In this document: piece after piece, positions 26,001 through 64,000 of the stretch
Layout: each line of letters opens with the position of its first letter
How positions within the stretch are numbered: position 1 is the stretch's first letter
DNA from: Raillietiella orientalis
Lineage: Eukaryota
Assembly: GCA_036172245.1 (NCBI GenBank)
Contig: JAYWIR010000046.1
Span: forward strand, 310,001 to 374,000
Reading direction: 5' to 3'
Length of the DNA stretch: 64,000 nt
Position numbers and translations under genes: made by a program
Notes under the pieces: generated by a model
Seen by the model: only the letters and a program-made list of their open reading frames with translations
The model's database searches: none
Told to the model about the DNA's origin: nothing

Positions 26001-27118
26001 CACCAAATTTATGACTTACCATTGTGTTATCTGCTATGTATGTTCCAGATCACGTATCTTAGAACTTAATGCATCTGATGAAAGAGGAATTTCAGTAATT
26101 CGAGAGAAAGTGAAGTCATTTGCACAGCAGGTAGTTCAAACAACAGCTGCAGAGTAAGTTTTCAAAAGAACACTGGGATTAATATTATTCATATGAAATG
26201 ATGATGGCATTTCCTTGATAAACAAGGAACATAATAATGATTGTAAGGATTGGATATGTAATATTTGTCGGTTTGATAAGCCTTTGAAACGATTTACAAT
26301 CATGCAAATGGAATCATCCTTGAGGACTTTGACAGAATAAGAGGTGGTTTTAGCAAGAACACGCTGCCACCCTTCAAAATCATAATTCTGGATGAGGCAG
26401 ATTGTATGACATCTGCAGCACAAGCAGCACTTCGGCGGATCATGGAGAAAGAAGTATCTCACACTCGTTTTTGTTTAATTTGCAATTACGTTAGTCGTAT
26501 AATAGAACCACTCACTTCTCGTTGCACCAAGTTTCGCTTCAAACCACTTCGTGAGTAAAACCAATTAGTTTCTGTGATCTATGCAGGAAAGCAGCATATG
26601 TGTTTACTCGACAAAGATTAGAGGAAATCTGTCTACATGAGAATGTTTCAATCGAAGAAGATGCACTCAAGACTCTTCACAGTTTGACAGAAGGGGATTT
26701 GCGACGAGCTATAACATTATTGCAATCAGCCTGTTATCTGGGCACTGGTCAGCAAATAGCTGAAAAGGATATACGAGAAATTTCCGGGGTGAGTAAGTAC
26801 CTCGATTATTTAATGACTGTGATTCTGTTTTCATAGGAAATACCTTCTCACTGGTTTGAGAAATTATTGCAGCTTTGTGATGCAGGTTCATCAGATTCTT
26901 TGCATTCTTATTGTGAACAGTTTCTTCAGGAGGGCTATTCTGTTTCTCAGTTTTTGGATCAGATACACGATTTCGTTTTAAATAAAGAAGAATTCAATAC
27001 ATCGAAGAAAATCGAAATCATCGAACAGTTGTCAGTTTTGGACCATCGTCTTCTGGATGGAGCCAGTGAATATCTTCAACTGCTTGCTCTTCTCTATTGT
27101 ATTACCACGCACAATTAA
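23078..27118 (+). CDS. RFC4: Replication factor C subunit 4 (clamp loader AAA+ subunit), 351 aa, 7 exons
   Basis: Exons 23078-23184, 23224-23302, 25898-25989, 26049-26153, 26354-26550, 26595-26788 and 26837-27118, all GT-AG with consistent phases. Motifs: PWVEKYRP, '[27 protein letters not shown]' (Walker A), [10 protein letters not shown], '[25 protein letters not shown]' (Walker B), '[28 protein letters not shown]' (SRC), [12 protein letters not shown], and the C-terminal '[12 protein letters not shown]'. These fit RFC4 better than RFC2/3/5. Confidence 0.95.
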
Positions 27119-27587
27119 TAATACCCTGCTATTTCTAAATTGAATGTGAATGTCCCAATCCTTTGAAGGAGGAGGTTTTCAACAAGCATTTTTGTGCCAC
27201 CAATTAGTTTAGTGTTTCCGAACGTGGACACGTTATCATAGGACTCTAATTTCATAATCTCAATTGTAATCATCCATCTATTCAGAACATCTTGCAAATA
27301 GCTTGTCATCCAGGCAGTAATCCAAAATGCCTCTCAATACTTTTCTTGAGTTTATCGAATAGGTATTTTCATCCATCAAACCAGGAATTTGTAAGGCAGT
27401 TTGCCTTGCACAATGCAGTTGGTCAAATTTTAGTGACCTTTGTGCAAAACGATAGTGCTTGAATATGGCACCAGCTTAAAAGCAGGATTCAAAGATGTGG
27501 TCATTTGGAATCACTGAGCCTGTAGGCAGTCATATTCGTATCTGAGCCTGGTCTATAAAAAATTGAGTTGGCGTAATTTCCACATAA

Positions 27588-27619
27588 AATAAATGTAATG
27601 GAATTGCCAACTTTTTATT
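27588..27619. promoter_or_regulatory. Convergent pair of candidate poly(A) signals: + strand AATAAA at 27588-27593 (RFC4) and - strand AATAAA at 27619-27614 (guanylate cyclase)
   Basis: These are the first canonical hexamers I found downstream of each stop codon. They face each other about 20 nt apart. Confidence 0.45.
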
Positions 27620-28068
27620 TGCTGGTTTACAACTATTCACATTCTTTTGATGTCATGTGGATGTGATAAATAATCAGATAATGAGAATTATGGGTTTTCT
27701 TAAAGCATTTGAACATTAATTTGAATTACTGTATCGAAATCATGAAAGCCATAAAACCGAAGAGAAGGAAAAACACTTGCTTTTCATATGGTGTCTATGT
27801 TACTTATATTTTCAATTTGAAGTTATCAGATAATGTTTAAACACGTTTCCCAAGAATCGAATTTGAAAATTTCATTTGTAAATCGTTCAATTGAAATCAT
27901 TTTGCTGACTAACCACGAGATTGTCATGATTCATAGTATTTTGTGAGTAGGAGTAATTTTTTCGTATGAACCAATTTGTGAAATTGCCTGATGCCGTTTT
28001 CTTCAAACATAATTATCATACGAGGTCATACGTTTCCAGTGTTGATTCCACAGAAGAGCATCATTGAT

Positions 28069-60733
<32,665 letters not shown>

Positions 60734-63048
60734 CTGATTGACACAAATTAGCAGGTAATCAATGATTTTTTAGCGCGCAAGTTTCGCTCCTTGTGCGCAC
60801 CAGTCTCCTCCCCGGCCATTAGTTTTAATTTGAGCTCCTAATCTGTTACTGCTAATTGGATCGCCGATCAACAGAGAAAATTCGAGTTTCCAGCCATCTG
60901 TGTCAACTCAACTCGTATCTCTCGGGCTACCGGTCCAGGAAGAAGCTTGCGGCGTCGCACGAGCCGCGCGTAATGGTCATGCAGAGAGGGATCGACGCGC
61001 ATGCAATCGCGAAGGTACTCGCGAAAGGCCGGCCAGAGGTCGGAGCCAACGGGAAACCTGCGAGGGCATCCCTCCTGCGGCTTTGGATCCCAGGTAGCAT
61101 CCGCTGTCCGCAGAGCTCACGATAAGCTCATCTCCTTGCTTGAGTTTTTCTGTCTTGGGAACATTCTGGGAAGCTGCACATCTGTATTCGCAGAGCTCGA
61201 GGGGGGATTGAAAAGCAAAAATTCTTCGTTGGAGGATGAAGAAATCGAGCCTGGTATAGGATCTTTCGTGCTAAGGAAAGCTCGAAGAATAGCAAACAAA
61301 CAAACGGAAGAAAACAAGAAGAAAAACAGTACGTTTGCAGGATCTCATCTAAAGAGCAAGAGCATCTCACATCTCTCCAGAAGAGAAATCATTTCTAAGA
61401 AGCCAATAAGCTGAATATCCGAGATATCACATCCGAGCTTCAGCTGATTGCGCACTTTGAAAAGAATCTTCTTGAAGAGCTCGAGTTCACAGGCAGCTGC
61501 CAGTCTTTGTTTCTTCGTGCTTCCGAATAATCGGCCGCTTAATAACAGGATGCTGGAAAGACGAGATGTTCGGCATGCATAAAGAACCGAGAAACGATCT
61601 TCTCTCAGTCAGAGAAAAGAAAAGAAAAGCCCGCCGTCCTGGAGCTGCAAGAAAGGGAACGGGAGGCAGAGAGGGATCGACCGATCCGACCTTTCCGAAA
61701 CCGGAAATGAGCGACGGATGTGGCAGGGCGCTCAATGAGCAAACGAAACCAACCTGTGCCCATCGATCGGAATGGTATTCTTAGAAGGAGAAAGAACAGT
61801 GGATTTAAAATCCCTTAGAAGTCCCTGATCTTCTTGAAATGGTGAGATAGATCGAGAGAATTGTCATGAACCGACGAATACGATACGAGATGAGCATCAT
61901 TCTACGGAATTTATACGAAAAGATCTTTCCTCGCTTTGACGGAGGACCGAACACTGCAACATGTATCCCAATATGGCTTTCACCATCACGAACGAAAAGG
62001 CGAGAATAACAGAAGGATGAGCAAGGATCACTGACAAAGCGAGATGGGAGGAAGCCTGAACGCGATAAGTATTCGGTTTGGGCGCGATGGAAGAAACGCC
62101 ATTCTCAGCATCAGTTCGAGGGGAGGCCACCCATCCGAGATCTCACTCATCTCAGTCCTGCTCTTGCTGCATAGGGAAACCGCCCAAAGGAAAGCCATTC
62201 GATGCTGCAAGACGTGAAGATTGGATGGGCTGAAAAAGTCAAAGCCATGAGGTATTGGAAAGGGGACAGTAGGAAGAGTAAAAGCAGAGTCTTTGAGTTT
62301 GAACAGATGAAGAAGAGATTGATTTCCGGACAAGGACTCTTGGAGTTAAAATCCTCAGTTCCATTCTCATTTCTTCTTCTCTTGGAGATGCTTTTGGACG
62401 TCGGTGGAGCTCATTTGCTCATGCAAAGGGAAGGAGAAAGCAGCAGGGCATGGAAATGAGAGCTTCTGGACACGCTGATATTTCTCTGAAAGCATCCCCA
62501 TAACAGCTGTAGGATTCTTCAGTTTAAGGCGATCTCTAGCGAATGATGTTTCGGGAACAGGTTCAGAAGGAAGTGATTCTTCACGCGATTAAGATCAGAA
62601 TTACTTCCACGGGACGTGTGATACTGGCTGTTTCGGACGCGACCAGCCACTTCTTTGTGCCAACCGAGCGAAGTGCTTCGACTTCCGTGTTAGTATTTTT
62701 TTCCGAGGAGAGCTCCCCCGTTCAGTAATGAAGTTGCGGGAACCCTCTGTCTGCGTTTTCGAAATTTCATTTGAACACCAGAGAGTGAGTCGGATTTTTT
62801 TAAAGGAGGATGAGCGAGCGAAGGACTTTGGGGTATCTTGGAACCGTAGGCGAGGAAACAGGAACAGACCAGACTCGGGAGAGTATTTAAAGGGAAGCAC
62901 ATCCAGCAAGAACTTGGATGAGCTAGACAGGATGAAGATGTGCAAGTGGTAAAGAAGACGGTCATAGTAAAACCACTTCCGGGAAGGAGTTTGGTTATAG
63001 ATGCTGAACGCCGAAGTCTCCGAACCATCAAAAAATACCGTGTGGAAG

Positions 63049-63653
63049 TCTCGAAAGATCACAAACATGTCTATATATGGACTGATATATATTATAAAGG
63101 TTATTAAAAATAAATACATACGCTCATTATGCACATTGTGCAATTGCCCATAATCCATCCGTGTTCCTTTGAAAGTTAACAGTTACGATAGTACAAATAA
63201 AAGGAAGGGTTCCATATGTGGGATTTTTCTTTTTTGTTTTTCTCCGCTACTTTTAATCGCCATCATTTTTTTTCCTTTTTTTAAAATTCGATGCTTATGT
63301 ACTCATTTAATATGCATTCACTACACATATGAATATTTACTCTATGCATAAACATTCATGTAGTATATATAAATACATATAAATATAAACATATATGCTT
63401 ATTTTTTATAACCTTTAATACACATATATTAATATTTTATTAGCATACAATATGAATTGCAATAATATCATGTATTTTAGTAAATATTAATATGTATGCC
63501 AAAATGAATGTGTGTATCTATACATACATACATATGATGTTCAACAAATACATATGATGTTTAATATAAATACATATGATATGATATGTATGTAAATACT
63601 ATAATAATATACATAATGAGCTCATATTTTTATCTTTTTATGATCTTTCGAGA
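63049..63653. mobile_element. AT-rich MITE/foldback-like insert bounded by 13-bp inverted repeats
   Basis: tctcgaaagatca (63049-63061) pairs with tgatctttcgaga (63641-63653), exactly at the edges of an abrupt very AT-rich block. There is also an internal imperfect inverted repeat (~63085-63120 vs ~63392-63428). Confidence 0.55.
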
Positions 63654-64000
63654 TCTCGACATCTGGAACTGTGATCGGCACCGGTGGGGGAGTCCCAGAG
63701 GGTCCCTCTCTGCTCTCGCCGCAAGAGGGTTTCTTAGTTCTTTGCACCCTCGTGAGACAGCACAGTAGGAGATTTCGAGGGAACCGAGAGAAACAACACA
63801 AGCAATCGCTTGCTGGGCATCCTCAAGCGCCACCCAGCTTCTGGGAGGAAGTGGCGAAAAGAAAAGGGCGCTAACGAGTTGTCGCGGTCGTCGTCTTTTG
63901 TCACAGGGGTCGGTGAAGCTTTCATCGTCTCTGCAGTGAGACCCAAGACCAATAGCCCGTGCTTAGGCAAGAAAGTAACTTCTTCACCGTACCTTCGCAC

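Noticed and set aside
27120..27560. Extra 3' coding exon of the cyclase after a minus-strand acceptor near 27553
   Set aside because: All frames hit stops early, and the cyclase already ends with TGA at 28069-28071.
60800..64000. Further 5' cyclase exons, or the ORF at 62601-63158
   Set aside because: There is no ANF-receptor-like peptide with a phase-1 donor. The 185-aa ORF starts inside the AT-rich insert and has no recognisable motif.

Overview
This is eukaryotic, intron-containing genomic DNA, most likely from an arthropod (inferred from the gene families and intron style). I see no prokaryotic features, rRNA, tRNA or CRISPR array. Three genes can be rebuilt by hand from splice sites and reading-frame phase. 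(1) RFC4, replication factor C subunit 4: + strand, 23078-27118, 7 exons, 351 aa. (2) A receptor-type (membrane) guanylate cyclase: - strand, 17 exons from 60733 to the stop at 28069, with the 5' exons not found and probably outside the window. It is tail-to-tail with RFC4. (3) An apparently intact 3-exon BTB-BACK gene with a C-terminal domain I do not recognise: - strand, 9319-7861, about 455 aa. The first ~20 kb is a rearranged cluster of four BTB copies (one intact, three decayed, two on each strand) mixed with decayed LINE remnants. The most unusual feature is that both + strand BTB pseudogenes are joined to inverted DNA copies of kinase-homology exons from the neighbouring cyclase gene, and one of these joins is in frame. 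All three genes use many 39-61 nt introns alongside multi-kb ones. The long cyclase introns contain decayed transposable elements, a ~72-bp hairpin and a Helitron-like 3' end; a TIR-bounded AT-rich insert lies upstream of the first mapped exon.
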